A stretch of DNA of 63,842 bases, filler included. It is 4 parts of 4 records of this genome, joined end to end, with 100 filler letters (N's around TTAATTAATTAA, not from the genome) between each part and the next. Parts side by side here need not be neighbours in the genome. Positions count along the whole stretch, not along the records: positions 1 to 29,623 come from DRR723986_7774; 3 more parts are not named here. The stretch is one strand, 5' to 3'. Each line of letters begins with the position of its first letter. Within the stretch, counting starts at the first letter, position 1. Both the position numbers and the translations under genes were made by a program. Below are positions 9,762 through 19,472 of the stretch, in pieces. The notes beneath the pieces are model-generated. The model searched no databases, was not told the origin of the DNA, and saw only the letters and a list, made by a program, of their open reading frames with translations.

Positions 9762-10249
9762 GTCGTACTGTCGATCCTGCTCATCCTCGTCCCACCCCAT
9801 TTGATGGAAAGAGCGAGTATGACGCTTGGCAGACCTTACTTGATAGTATTCCATACTCACGGCATTTAGGACTCGAGGTTCAACAACACAATGAGGCGAT
9901 ATTTGTTCAACTGCCTTACCGTGACGCTTTTATTGGTAATTTCATGTTGCCAGCACTACACGGCGGTGTAATCGGAGCCTTGATTGAGATTACAGCGCGT
10001 ATCGCTGCCCAAAGAGAAGATACGCAACTACGCAGCCCCCGTATTCTGGGAAGCAACATCCACTACCTTCGCTCAGCCACGGCGCAAATTACTTTCGCGA
10101 ACGCGGAGATTGTGCGTCAAGGTCGGCGTACCAGTTTGGTGAGGGTGAGCTGTTGGCAGAGTGAAAGGACTGCACCGATCGCAAACGGAGTTGTTCAGTT
10201 GCTGTTCTCTACTTCCGGGAAGAATCAAGATGGTATTGGTAACAAATAA
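9758..10249 (+). CDS. PaaI-family thioesterase
   Basis: IGNFMLPALHGGVIGALIE, IHYLRSA, VRQGRR; 4-nt overlap with the upstream gene. Confidence 0.82.
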   Translation: MSRTVDPAHPRPTPFDGKSEYDAWQTLLDSIPYSRHLGLEVQQHNEAIFVQLPYRDAFIGNFMLPALHGGVIGALIEITARIAAQREDTQLRSPRILGSNIHYLRSATAQITFANAEIVRQGRRTSLVRVSCWQSERTAPIANGVVQLLFSTSGKNQDGIGNK

Positions 10250-11141
10250 ATCATGTTCTGTCGAACGAGACGGATTTCTCGCCGCTGATGGTCGAGAGAT
10301 TACCTTGTGGCGGTGGCCTCAGTCTGACGGACGCCCCATGCTTCACTGGGCACACGCGACTGGTTTCCATGGTCGTCTTTATAAGCCACTTCTTGATGAA
10401 CTGTCCGTTGAGTGCAACATCATAGCTTGGGATATGCGTGGACATGGAGCAAGTTCTGATGCAGCCGTTGCTTCTACATTTCGCGGTTGGGAGACCTACT
10501 ATCAAGATCTAACCGCGTTGTTGGCAAAGTTGGATGAACCAGTTTGGCTTGGAGGTCATTCAATCGGTGCTACATCAAGCATTATGGCGGCTGCTCGCCA
10601 GCCAGACAAAGTGTTGGGATTGATACTTTTAGAGCCGGTGATAATGGATTCATGGCAAAGCCGAATGTTGTGGTTGTCCAAGCTGTTGCGTCGATCACAC
10701 CGGTTGTCGTTGGCCGCTGGAGCCGCACGCCGACGGAATGTGTTCGATTCTTATGTCTCAGCTCTGGAAAACTATCGTGGTCGAGGTGGCTTCAAGACTT
10801 GGCCCGAGTCTTGGTTAGAGGCTTATGTCCAACATGCCTTTATACAGGATGGAGATCGTCTTCGTCTTGCATGCTCGCCGTTGTGGGAGAGCTCCACATT
10901 CGCTCAAACCGAGCATAACCCGTGGCCTGGCATTCGTCAGTTGAAGTGTCCTGTTGTTGCAATAGCTGCGGAGCGCGCTTCAACTTTCTCATCATTAGCG
11001 CAAAGACGTCTTGGAAAGATATTGCCCTCAGCCGAAGTGAGGGTTCTGGCTGGAACTACGCATTTTTTGCCTATGGAACAAACTGAGCTAGTTCGTGATG
11101 CGATGCTTAAAATCATGTTGCCAGAATGCAGGCGGAACTAA
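10230..11141 (+). CDS. Alpha/beta hydrolase
   Basis: HATGF, DMRGHG, GHSIGA nucleophile elbow, C-terminal THFLPME. Confidence 0.85.
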   Translation: MVLVTNKSCSVERDGFLAADGREITLWRWPQSDGRPMLHWAHATGFHGRLYKPLLDELSVECNIIAWDMRGHGASSDAAVASTFRGWETYYQDLTALLAKLDEPVWLGGHSIGATSSIMAAARQPDKVLGLILLEPVIMDSWQSRMLWLSKLLRRSHRLSLAAGAARRRNVFDSYVSALENYRGRGGFKTWPESWLEAYVQHAFIQDGDRLRLACSPLWESSTFAQTEHNPWPGIRQLKCPVVAIAAERASTFSSLAQRRLGKILPSAEVRVLAGTTHFLPMEQTELVRDAMLKIMLPECRRN

Positions 11142-11181
11142 TTCAGAGATTGATCAAATTGCAGTTGTGAGGAGCAAATTA

Positions 11182-11398
11182 GTGGACAGTCAAGCCCAAT
11201 ATGATTTTATAGGCGTGGGAGCTGGCTCCTCCGGAAGTGTTTTGGCCAATAGGTTGAGCGAAAATGGCAAGTTCACGGTATTGGTATTCGAGGCAGGGCC
11301 TAGCGATAAAACCAATATGTTCGTACACATGCCAGCGGGTATGGCTAGTCTTATGCGCAGCCATAAATACAATTGGCGATTTTAGACATCACCACAAG
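11182..11398 (+). pseudogene. 5' remnant of a second GMC oxidoreductase (nonsense codon plus IS21 truncation)
   Basis: GAGGAG RBS and GTG start; YDFIGVGAGSSGSVLANRLSE...EAG...YNWRF*TSPQ, then an IS21 end at 11399. Confidence 0.82.
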
Positions 11399-11852
11399 TG
11401 CGTATTCTGGTGAATTCGTCCACCAATTCCAGCTCAAATCGTCCACCTATTCTGGCTGAAGCCGTCCACCTTGTATTACTGCTCACGGGGCTGTTCGCAT
11501 TAGAGTTTTTTCAAGCTGTTTCTGTCAAGTCATTCTCCGTTTTTGTCAGTGATTTTTGCTTGCGCAGCGACTCACCGCGCAGCGTGATTCGATGCGCGTT
11601 GTGCACCAGTCGGTCCAAGATTGCATCGGCCAGCGTGGGGTCGCCCAGGTTGTCGTACCAGTGCTCCACATCAAGCTGGCTGGTCACTAGGGTGCTCCTC
11701 TTGTTGTGCCGGTCATCAAAGAATTCCAGCAAGTCTCGCCGGTTGGTGTCGGTGAAGGCATGCATTCCCCAGTCGTCCAGCACCACCACCTCGGTCTTGG
11801 CCAGTTGGGCCAGTACCTTCACATAGCGACCATCAGCCCGTGCAATGGCCAC
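11399..11852 (-). mobile_element. istB: IS21-family remnant: terminal TG, three 22-23-bp repeats, 3' part of istB
   Basis: TG at 11399; repeats ending CGTCCACC at 11403-11424, 11425-11447 and 11448-11470. ORF 11511-11852 reads VVLDDWG...TLVTSQL...ADAILDRLVHNAHRITLRGESLR (IstB C-terminus). No istA or Walker A present. Confidence 0.88.
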
Positions 11853-12030
11853 GGGGTAGCTTGGGAAAGATTCAGTAGCGGCCAGTTAAATGAGATTTGT
11901 TCGAGAGTTATTAGTACCGGGACGATCAAAGAGAGAAGGTGGAAAAGCGAGGTCTGACGGGATCATTCATACACGATACCCGGCAAGAGTTAGATTTGCT
12001 TGCTCAGGGCTTTACCTACAAATATAGGCA

Positions 12031-12954
12031 GAGCCTGTAAAAAATTCTGTGTAAGTTCATTCGGAATCAAGGGTGGTGAACGGTAACGCGTTCACCGAAT
12101 TCCAGAACAAATCTGTTCAATGCCATTTTCCAGTTTTGTATCGGCATGGTCCACCTTCGGCTGGCCTGCTCGATGGCAAGATACACCACCTTTCTGGCCG
12201 AGTCATCCGTAGGAAATACTTTCCTTCGTTTGGTGGCCGCACGAATCACGCTGTTCAAAGACTCCACAGCGTTGGTGGTATAGATGGCCGTCCATGTTCA
12301 CGCCCAGTGCCAGATAAATCGATTTGTTGATCACGCGCATGTTCTCGCGAATCTTGATGACGATGCAGTCCAAATACACAATCGGATAGATGGGATCCAG
12401 TGGTCTGGATTGCCATTCAGTGATTCGGTCAATCACACTGTCGGTGACTTTGGAAATGAGCGCTGCCGACACATCGGCGTCGTACATTTCCTTGAATGCA
12501 GCAACGATTTCACGGGTGCTCAAGCCCTTGGCATACAGGGTTAGGATTTGATCATCCATCTGCGTCAAGCGGCTTTGGTGTTTCCTCAGAAGCTGCGGCT
12601 CGAATGATCCGTCTCGATCCCGCGGCGTGTCGATTTGAACTTCGCCATGCTGACTCTTCAAACGTTTCGGTGTGCTGCCATTTCGGCTGTTACCCTTGGC
12701 GGGTTTGCTGTCGGCGTGTTTGTCGTAGCCTAGGTGGTCCGTCAACTCAGCGCCCAGCGCTGTTTCCACGGTCAGTTTCAACAGTTCTCGGGACAAGGCA
12801 TTTAAATCGCCTTCGGTCTTGATGTCCTTGGCCAGTTCGCGCAGGCCTTGGCTTGTAGTTTGCTACGATCCATTGTGTGCGTACTCATCATCGGTCATTT
12901 CCTCGAAAGAGGTTAATTGGCCGAATGCACTTACACAAATTTATTTACAGGCCC
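12031..12954 (-). mobile_element. IS256-family element, internally deleted, with intact inverted repeats and 9-bp target duplication
   Basis: IRs GAGCCTGTAAAAAATTCTGTGTAAGTTCATTCGG (12031) and the complementary copy at 12921-12954; ATATAGGCA at 12022-12030 and 12955-12963. Confidence 0.93.
12067..12873 (-). pseudogene. IS256 (mutator-type) transposase pseudogene
   Basis: RNGSTPKRL, TPRDRDGSFEP, GLSTREI, YPIVYLDC, then a jump to AIYTTNAVESLN in another frame; also a frameshift just after ATG 12873. Confidence 0.88.
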
Positions 12955-13868
12955 ATATAGGCATCGTCCATTCTGAGGCATATCTGTTTGCGACTTTCCA
13001 GCATCTGATAGTGGAACTCGATTTCCATATTAAATCTTCTTTCCCACGGCATGTATTTGGCCTGATGATCGACATTCACGAAGTCACTTGGATTAATGTA
13101 AAAAGTCTCTTCGCGCGGTTTTCGCATTGCCTGTAGATTAGTTCCAGAACGAGTTGTTTTCATTCGCTCATCTGATAAATCGTCAGGGCCAACATCTTTG
13201 TTAAATTTGATATCTAGTGGCTGTTCCTGTTCTTTGGATTGATAATCTGAAGATTCACTACGCAATGCCTTGATTGTTTTTTGACTCATATCATAACTTG
13301 TGATTCGACCTTTAAATTTATAAATGCGAGTCGTGTCCTGGAGTCCGCTAACTTGTTCTGCGAGGTGTATTGTAACGTCGGTGTTTGGGCCCAAGCCAGA
13401 AAACTTAGTCAGCTTGATTTGGTTGTGTTCGACAAGACGTTCGACAACAAATTCGTGAACCTGCTGTGTGATTAGTTCCTTGGCTAAATGATCAAGTTTA
13501 GAGTTGTCGTCCTTACCTACACGGTGAATGCTATTGAGCTTCGGTTCGAACACGACACCTTGCAGGCTTGATACGATATCGACGATGTGATTATCAATCC
13601 AATCCAGCCGTTCGAAAATTGCTTCCTCATTTTCTTTTGTCGATGAAATGTCAAAGACGAGTTGCCAATAACGGAGTTCACTTTCTGAGTCACTAACCAA
13701 GTCGCCGACTTCAATTGACCTATCAATTTGATCTCTGTAAGTGGCTGCAATTCTGTGGAAAAGATTTGCTTTTGTAGTTTTGAATAATCTAGCACTTTCA
13801 GATACCTGGCCCTCTGTTAGTGATTGCGGATTTTTCACCTTAAGTTTATGAACTACATAGAAAGTCAT
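12945..13868 (-). CDS. Hypothetical protein (307 aa), abutting the giant recombinase gene; last codons supplied by IS256
   Basis: Open frame starting immediately after the upstream stop (TAA-ATG); no recognised motif. Confidence 0.65.
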   Translation of the reverse strand: MTFYVVHKLKVKNPQSLTEGQVSESARLFKTTKANLFHRIAATYRDQIDRSIEVGDLVSDSESELRYWQLVFDISSTKENEEAIFERLDWIDNHIVDIVSSLQGVVFEPKLNSIHRVGKDDNSKLDHLAKELITQQVHEFVVERLVEHNQIKLTKFSGLGPNTDVTIHLAEQVSGLQDTTRIYKFKGRITSYDMSQKTIKALRSESSDYQSKEQEQPLDIKFNKDVGPDDLSDERMKTTRSGTNLQAMRKPREETFYINPSDFVNVDHQAKYMPWERRFNMEIEFHYQMLESRKQICLRMDDAYMGL

Positions 13869-16800
13869 TTAGTAGCCTCCTGCTAACAGATGTACAATCA
13901 ATCCAATCCAGAAAAATTCGGTATTCGAAAAAGGCACGTCTTTCTTTTGACGTTTGACACCAATGACCCACACTGTCTCTAGATCAATATTGAACTTGAC
14001 TGTTTGACGCACAGGACCAACTGATAAGCTGAATCGAGTGCTCAGTCCAAGATCTGTCAAGAAATTCCGAATATCGCATTTTTGACTGTAAGAATTTGAC
14101 CAAAAGAACAAATCTTTGGAGTCGAATCCGAGGAACTGAAGCAGGTCTAAAATGTGGATGAGATTCACAAGATCCTTTTCTTTCATCGATTCGCGGATCA
14201 CATAATGAGCATCCTCAGTGAAGTTACCGAGTGGATCAAAGTTAGAGTTGAGTTCAAATGGAATTCGTTTAAGAGCCAATATTTCTGATGTTTTTGCAGG
14301 TGTTGCCTGCACTCGGTGAATCAAGTCAGCAGTATCTGCATTATCAGGTAATTGTTTTTCAAGGCGTTCGTAGAAGGCTCGGCTCAGGAAAATGCCGTTC
14401 GTTTTCGTGTGAGCGAAGCGGGCAGGGCGTAGGTTAGGCGGAAATGATCTAAATATATTTTCAAGATGATAGAGCCGGCTTGCGATTTTCGGGTTGGCAG
14501 TGGAACAAGGATTTATCGTATTGCTAGATTGGTTGAGGTAATCAAGTGATCCGAGAATGTAGTCTTTGACGTTAAAAGTACGCAGATTTATTGACTCATC
14601 GAGTTGATGAGCTGAACCTTTAAGGCCGTATCTTGAAGCCAATGAGAAGGCGAAACTTTCGCTTTGAGTATCAGTGTTCCCGAGCGCGCCTTCACAAAAT
14701 TGACTGTTGTACAAGGAGTCGATAACCTCAAACCCGCGATGTGAATAGGTTTCTAGTAGCGTGGTTGTTCCTGCATGCCCGAGAATTCTGCTCGCGACAA
14801 ATAGTGTTTTGCGATTCACGTTTTCGGGTGTTGTATGAATCAATCTTTCGCCGGTTAACGGATTGTCAGGATTGCAGCAAATTGCACTCTCAAAAAGTCC
14901 ATATGTCAGCTCGTCAGCAAAGGTATGTCGCAGGGTGTGAATACTCCCTCTGAAAGTAACATTTCGAATGATTTGGTTTAGACGCAAACTAATCTCGCGC
15001 GCAGAGGACTGAATCAAATCGCCAAGGTAACTTGCTTTCGCTGTGATTGCTCGGTGCTTTATTCTTTGAAGGATCCCTTTCTCCTCACTTGTAATTTTAG
15101 TTTGAGATAACACATAGCGATTGGAAGCAGGAAATTTGGGTCTAAAAACAGAATCGCCCACCACCCTGAGCAGCGGGGTAGTATCTAGAAGCTGCAGATT
15201 GACGGGCTTTAGAAAGAGAGACTCAGTTTTCCTCAGACCAAAACGACGAAGAAGAACAAAAATTGCTTGAACCGCTTCGGGCTGGGTTTCTTGAATTTTT
15301 TTAAAGATCAGATTTAGTTCTTTCTGAGAAAAGAGATGTGTGGCTGGGTTATAAACCGCACCAATACTGTCGAACTTCACGGACATCAAAGGATTCAGTT
15401 CTGCTAGTTTGGAGAACAGGTCCCTAATTTGACGCAGATCGTCTTTAGCAGATTGCAGGATCTGTTGTCTGTCCAGTAGGTAGCCGTTAATGGTTTCAAT
15501 TGCCTCATCGAGTTGTTCATCATCGATTTCCTGCTCGAGGTTGGTCTCTTTAAAAAGATTCCCAATTCTTCCGTAGTAATTGAGCTTGGTGCTTTTAGCC
15601 AAACTTTTTCGTCCAGAGGGTCTTCTACTCTCTATATCTTTGGCATAGCTTAAAAGTGCCGATTTACACAGAGAGGGTCTCGCTGCAATTTCTGTACTTA
15701 GTCTTAGCATCGCGCCAAGGGCGTCATCCATGATTGCTTCAATATGGCTTGCGACAGATTTACACAATAGCCCTTGTTCATGGAAGTCAGTTAAAGTGTC
15801 CGAGGTGGAGCTCTCCTCGATGGCTTGGTCATGGGTGCCCCCAGAAAAGTTATCCTTAATTTCGAGTCCTGTAGCGCTAACAAATGAGCTTGTAGCGGTC
15901 GCTTGGGATGGATAAGGGTCTTTGTTACCGGGATCGGGATATGCAATCGCATCGGTCGCTATAACTTCATGCGAGAGATACTTAGTTGCGGGCGCTAGTC
16001 GAGCGTTACTTGCCACGTGATCTGTGTCAGGATCAGTGAGTTGTTGAACGCTTAGATAATTTGAGCTGCGATGCTTGGTGTCGCCTGAGGCAATCGCGGA
16101 TAAACAACCGGGTAATTCGTATAGTTGGTAGGATTGCTCAATTTCAGCGAAATAATAAAGTAGGTCTTTTTTGGTGTTAAGCGATGATCCACTGACTCCG
16201 AGGCGATTTATTTTAGCCTGCAGGTCACGCCCTAGTTTTTCTAAATTATTGCTGCTCTGGCGAAAGCTTAGTTGATTGACCAGCCGTTCATAATAGTGAA
16301 TTGACAGGCGATGAAGCTCGTGCCGTCTGACCGGAGTGAGCGGATGGGGCTGCGTATCGACAAAATGAATGTCAATAAATGTTTTATCGGATACTGTTCC
16401 AAGCAGGTAATTTCCTTTTAGAACCTGCTGAATTGCTATTTTGCAGGTAATGCCATTTAGCTTGATTAAAGAGAGTGCGAACAGAAATTCAAGATTGACC
16501 TTTTGTTTCGCCTGGGTGTTGGATTGGAGGATCTCCATGGTGCCTGGGTGAGACGCCCGGTATTCCGAATATTTTCGACAAAAGTCGATTGGCACTCTCT
16601 CGTTGACGGTACGGCCAACACGCGAGAAGGATTTCATGTCAAGGCCTGGTGCTAACTTTCGAAGAAACCGAGTGAACTTGTAAAAATAGATATCAAAATG
16701 AATTCGGTTGCTTAGCTCCAATTGGGCTTGTTTGAGTGCTTTGTCAATTCGATCTTGTGCTTTCTGTTCAGGTCGCAAGCCTTCAATAATTGATTCCGCA

Positions 16801-19304
16801 TCTTGGTAGGCCCTCGCTGAAACTGACTTGTGTAATGCTTTATGTTCAGTCCTTCGCAATTGCAAGCCAAAGCGTTTGGGTATCGACTGCCCCCACACAT
16901 CAACGTCTTTGCTACTGAATTCAAAATCAATGGAATCACTAATATTTAGGAACTTTAAGATCCTATCTGCAAAGTCACGAACTCGTTGGTGATCCTTATT
17001 CATTGTTCTTAGGCTTGATGCGCCGTAAACTGGAATCTTGTCGTTTTCATGGCCTAATAGTCCATCCACAATGTCTCTATCGGTGATCTCGCAGTGGTTA
17101 CTGACAAAGTGACGCAAGAAATTGGCCTGTAAGGTATCGAAATTTTCAAGGAGTGTTATATCCGCAGAAATACCTTCAATACCGTTTTCTGTCAGGAAAA
17201 AGAAAAATGGGATACCTTGAGTGTTTGAAAGGCTTGGCGTGACGAGAAGCGATTCGATTTGTTTCGAAAGCTTAGGCGTGTTGGTTCGAAGTAGATTGGC
17301 GAGGCGTTTAAGAGCATTTCGATAGGTGATGCCAATTTCATCAGCGAGCGATTTACAAAGTGGTACCACACGTCTTGGCTCCCTTAGTAAAACATCTTTG
17401 TCATCAACAATCGTGAGATCAAAAGTGTCTGTGAATAAATCAAGATCGCAATATGCATCTTTAACGGGTCGCCCGCCCGTTGTTAGATAGATCCGGAAGA
17501 TCAAGTAGGTAACCCAAGCATTCCAAGACATGCAAAGTGATTTGCTGTTTATGGCATGCTCTAATTGGCTAACCATGATAGCTACATCGGCTCTAAATTT
17601 CTCAAGATCAAAAGCGTAAGGGGAGCCCGCGACGTTTTTCTCTTTGTGGATTACGGAATAGTAGGCGCATTTCGAAGGAAGCTCTGATCGAGCGTTTTTT
17701 TGTATCAACATTGCTGCTGATTCTGGGTGCCCTTGTGCAAGGAGCATCAGTCGTCGGCTGCTTTGCAGCCAGGCATTCGATTCAAACCCGAAATGTACTT
17801 TTACCTGATCAATTTTCTCAGGATCGAACTTTCTATCAATCGCCAGGTCGTAGAGGCTCTCATGGGTTTGAATATTCCATTGGTCCTTTAGAAAGTTTTG
17901 GAGTTTGGTGGGTAGAGATCTCCGCTCTATCCTTTCGGACGGCAAAAGAGCTGAATGAAGAAAAGTCGTTTTGCCGATATGTTGAAGTGATGGACGAAGT
18001 CTCCATATCGCGGAAAAATCCTCCATGAATCCAAACTCCGGTTCTGGCAGATGATGGACTCTGAGTGCTAGCGCACCTTCAAGGTTGGCACCGATTTGAT
18101 ATCCGATCCAAATTAACACGTCTGCTAAAGTGTCATTGGTGATTTCGCTGGTGTTGCCCGCCTCCAAAGTTGCGTAGGCACTGATATGTTCAGCCTGAAG
18201 CGGCAAGTGTGGGTTGGTCGGGAAATAGGTCGAAAGGTTGAAATCAAGCAGTACTTGCCCAATGGCTTTTGCCTCTAGCTCAGGGGCGTCCTGATTGTTG
18301 TTTTGTTGTCCCTTGGTATGACCGTCAATGTTTGAACCAGTGTGGTCGTCTGGTTGCGCATTACTGAAGTTCTGTTTAAAAAGCGCTTTTAACCTCCGGA
18401 CTTCCTTGCCATCATCATCGTTTATTTTGTACCTGTTCAATTTCAAAGACTGGATCCCTGAAAGAGAGTCTGGACCAAAGTAAAGAACAGGTTTTTCAGA
18501 CGGAGAAAAGAAATTCAAGAAACTCTTCTGAATATTCCTCTGATATTTCGTTTCGTTATCGTTTGGAAGAACAGTCGTTGATCTCGATAGACGAAGTTCA
18601 GTTTCTAACTTTTCCTTGAATACTTTTTCACTTTTCGATGGCTTGTCGAAGCGTTGAAACAGATGGATCAGAAAATCACGGTTTTGGTTTTCGTTTACTG
18701 GCGCAAAAGTTTGGCGTATCTCATTGAGAAATTTAAGATGGGGCATGCGAAATATCACGCTTCCATGGGTGAAACAATAGCATTCAAACAACTGCTTTAA
18801 TATTAGCAAAGCGGTTTGTGTATAGCCGAAATTGGGATGCTGCTGCCAACTTTGAAAAAGCAGCTCAACAATTGGGTATTCACCGCGTGAAATTTGCTGA
18901 GCTCTGAAAATCGGTCGTTTTGTATTGATAGTTTGTAATTGCTGATCACATGCTCCGTAAGCATCGTAGCTTCGGATTATATGGATCAGATGGTGGAGGT
19001 TTCTGTAGAAATCATCTTGGTGCGACCATGCTTGTAAAGTTTCCCTGTAGTGCGTAGTGCATAGCCAGCCAAGGCAGTAATGGAGAAAGCCCCCTCCCGC
19101 AAAAGGGATAGTAATTTCCGACTCAACCTTATGATTACGTAGCCCGTTATGAAGACGTAGATCTTCCCCGATTGCCCAGCTTCGTCTTAAATTGGTTACA
19201 AAGTGAGCGGGAAGGTCTATTTTGTCGGTTACCGCTGCAAGCGCATCCTCAAACTGGCCACAGTCTTGGATTAGATTTGGATTCCAGTTGGGGATATTTT
19301 TCAT
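13869..19304 (-). CDS. Giant (1811 aa) tyrosine recombinase/integrase-like protein with two catalytic motif sets
   Basis: Set 2 (about aa 1350-1520): FGLRKTE...HTLRHTFAD...ILGHAGTTTLLETY. Set 1 (about aa 605-760): TGGRP...DDK...RRVVPL...NFLRH...LLGHENDKIPVY. Confidence 0.75.
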   Translation of the reverse strand: MKNIPNWNPNLIQDCGQFEDALAAVTDKIDLPAHFVTNLRRSWAIGEDLRLHNGLRNHKVESEITIPFAGGGFLHYCLGWLCTTHYRETLQAWSHQDDFYRNLHHLIHIIRSYDAYGACDQQLQTINTKRPIFRAQQISRGEYPIVELLFQSWQQHPNFGYTQTALLILKQLFECYCFTHGSVIFRMPHLKFLNEIRQTFAPVNENQNRDFLIHLFQRFDKPSKSEKVFKEKLETELRLSRSTTVLPNDNETKYQRNIQKSFLNFFSPSEKPVLYFGPDSLSGIQSLKLNRYKINDDDGKEVRRLKALFKQNFSNAQPDDHTGSNIDGHTKGQQNNNQDAPELEAKAIGQVLLDFNLSTYFPTNPHLPLQAEHISAYATLEAGNTSEITNDTLADVLIWIGYQIGANLEGALALRVHHLPEPEFGFMEDFSAIWRLRPSLQHIGKTTFLHSALLPSERIERRSLPTKLQNFLKDQWNIQTHESLYDLAIDRKFDPEKIDQVKVHFGFESNAWLQSSRRLMLLAQGHPESAAMLIQKNARSELPSKCAYYSVIHKEKNVAGSPYAFDLEKFRADVAIMVSQLEHAINSKSLCMSWNAWVTYLIFRIYLTTGGRPVKDAYCDLDLFTDTFDLTIVDDKDVLLREPRRVVPLCKSLADEIGITYRNALKRLANLLRTNTPKLSKQIESLLVTPSLSNTQGIPFFFFLTENGIEGISADITLLENFDTLQANFLRHFVSNHCEITDRDIVDGLLGHENDKIPVYGASSLRTMNKDHQRVRDFADRILKFLNISDSIDFEFSSKDVDVWGQSIPKRFGLQLRRTEHKALHKSVSARAYQDAESIIEGLRPEQKAQDRIDKALKQAQLELSNRIHFDIYFYKFTRFLRKLAPGLDMKSFSRVGRTVNERVPIDFCRKYSEYRASHPGTMEILQSNTQAKQKVNLEFLFALSLIKLNGITCKIAIQQVLKGNYLLGTVSDKTFIDIHFVDTQPHPLTPVRRHELHRLSIHYYERLVNQLSFRQSSNNLEKLGRDLQAKINRLGVSGSSLNTKKDLLYYFAEIEQSYQLYELPGCLSAIASGDTKHRSSNYLSVQQLTDPDTDHVASNARLAPATKYLSHEVIATDAIAYPDPGNKDPYPSQATATSSFVSATGLEIKDNFSGGTHDQAIEESSTSDTLTDFHEQGLLCKSVASHIEAIMDDALGAMLRLSTEIAARPSLCKSALLSYAKDIESRRPSGRKSLAKSTKLNYYGRIGNLFKETNLEQEIDDEQLDEAIETINGYLLDRQQILQSAKDDLRQIRDLFSKLAELNPLMSVKFDSIGAVYNPATHLFSQKELNLIFKKIQETQPEAVQAIFVLLRRFGLRKTESLFLKPVNLQLLDTTPLLRVVGDSVFRPKFPASNRYVLSQTKITSEEKGILQRIKHRAITAKASYLGDLIQSSAREISLRLNQIIRNVTFRGSIHTLRHTFADELTYGLFESAICCNPDNPLTGERLIHTTPENVNRKTLFVASRILGHAGTTTLLETYSHRGFEVIDSLYNSQFCEGALGNTDTQSESFAFSLASRYGLKGSAHQLDESINLRTFNVKDYILGSLDYLNQSSNTINPCSTANPKIASRLYHLENIFRSFPPNLRPARFAHTKTNGIFLSRAFYERLEKQLPDNADTADLIHRVQATPAKTSEILALKRIPFELNSNFDPLGNFTEDAHYVIRESMKEKDLVNLIHILDLLQFLGFDSKDLFFWSNSYSQKCDIRNFLTDLGLSTRFSLSVGPVRQTVKFNIDLETVWVIGVKRQKKDVPFSNTEFFWIGLIVHLLAGGY

Positions 19305-19394
19305 ATGGCGGTGTCCCAGCTTGACAACATAGTTGCAAATATCGTTACGATTGCACCGAGAAGACTTGATTTGAACAAGCTATATCGCTTACAC

Positions 19395-19472
19395 TTCGAG
19401 CAAGTGGATTGGGGGCTCCCGGTCGGCGCTATAGCCTCGGTGGGTTTCATCGGGGCTTTTCGCTTTTTTGGG
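19395..19472 (-). ncRNA. Candidate DUF3800-associated structured RNA overlapping the gene's 3' end
   Basis: Minus strand AAAAAAGCGAAAAGCCCCGAUGAAACCCACCGAGGCUAUAGCGCCGACCGGGAGCCCCCAAUCCACUUG: GCG/CGC closing an imperfect AGCC..UG/CA..GGCU hairpin, then GGG-AGC-CCC. Its position matches known DUF3800 RNA motif families; not checked with a covariance model. Confidence 0.55.

Noticed and set aside
11403-11470. Three tandem 22-23-bp repeats as a mini CRISPR array
   Set aside because: No spacers and no cas genes; they follow a terminal TG next to istB, as expected for IS21 ends.
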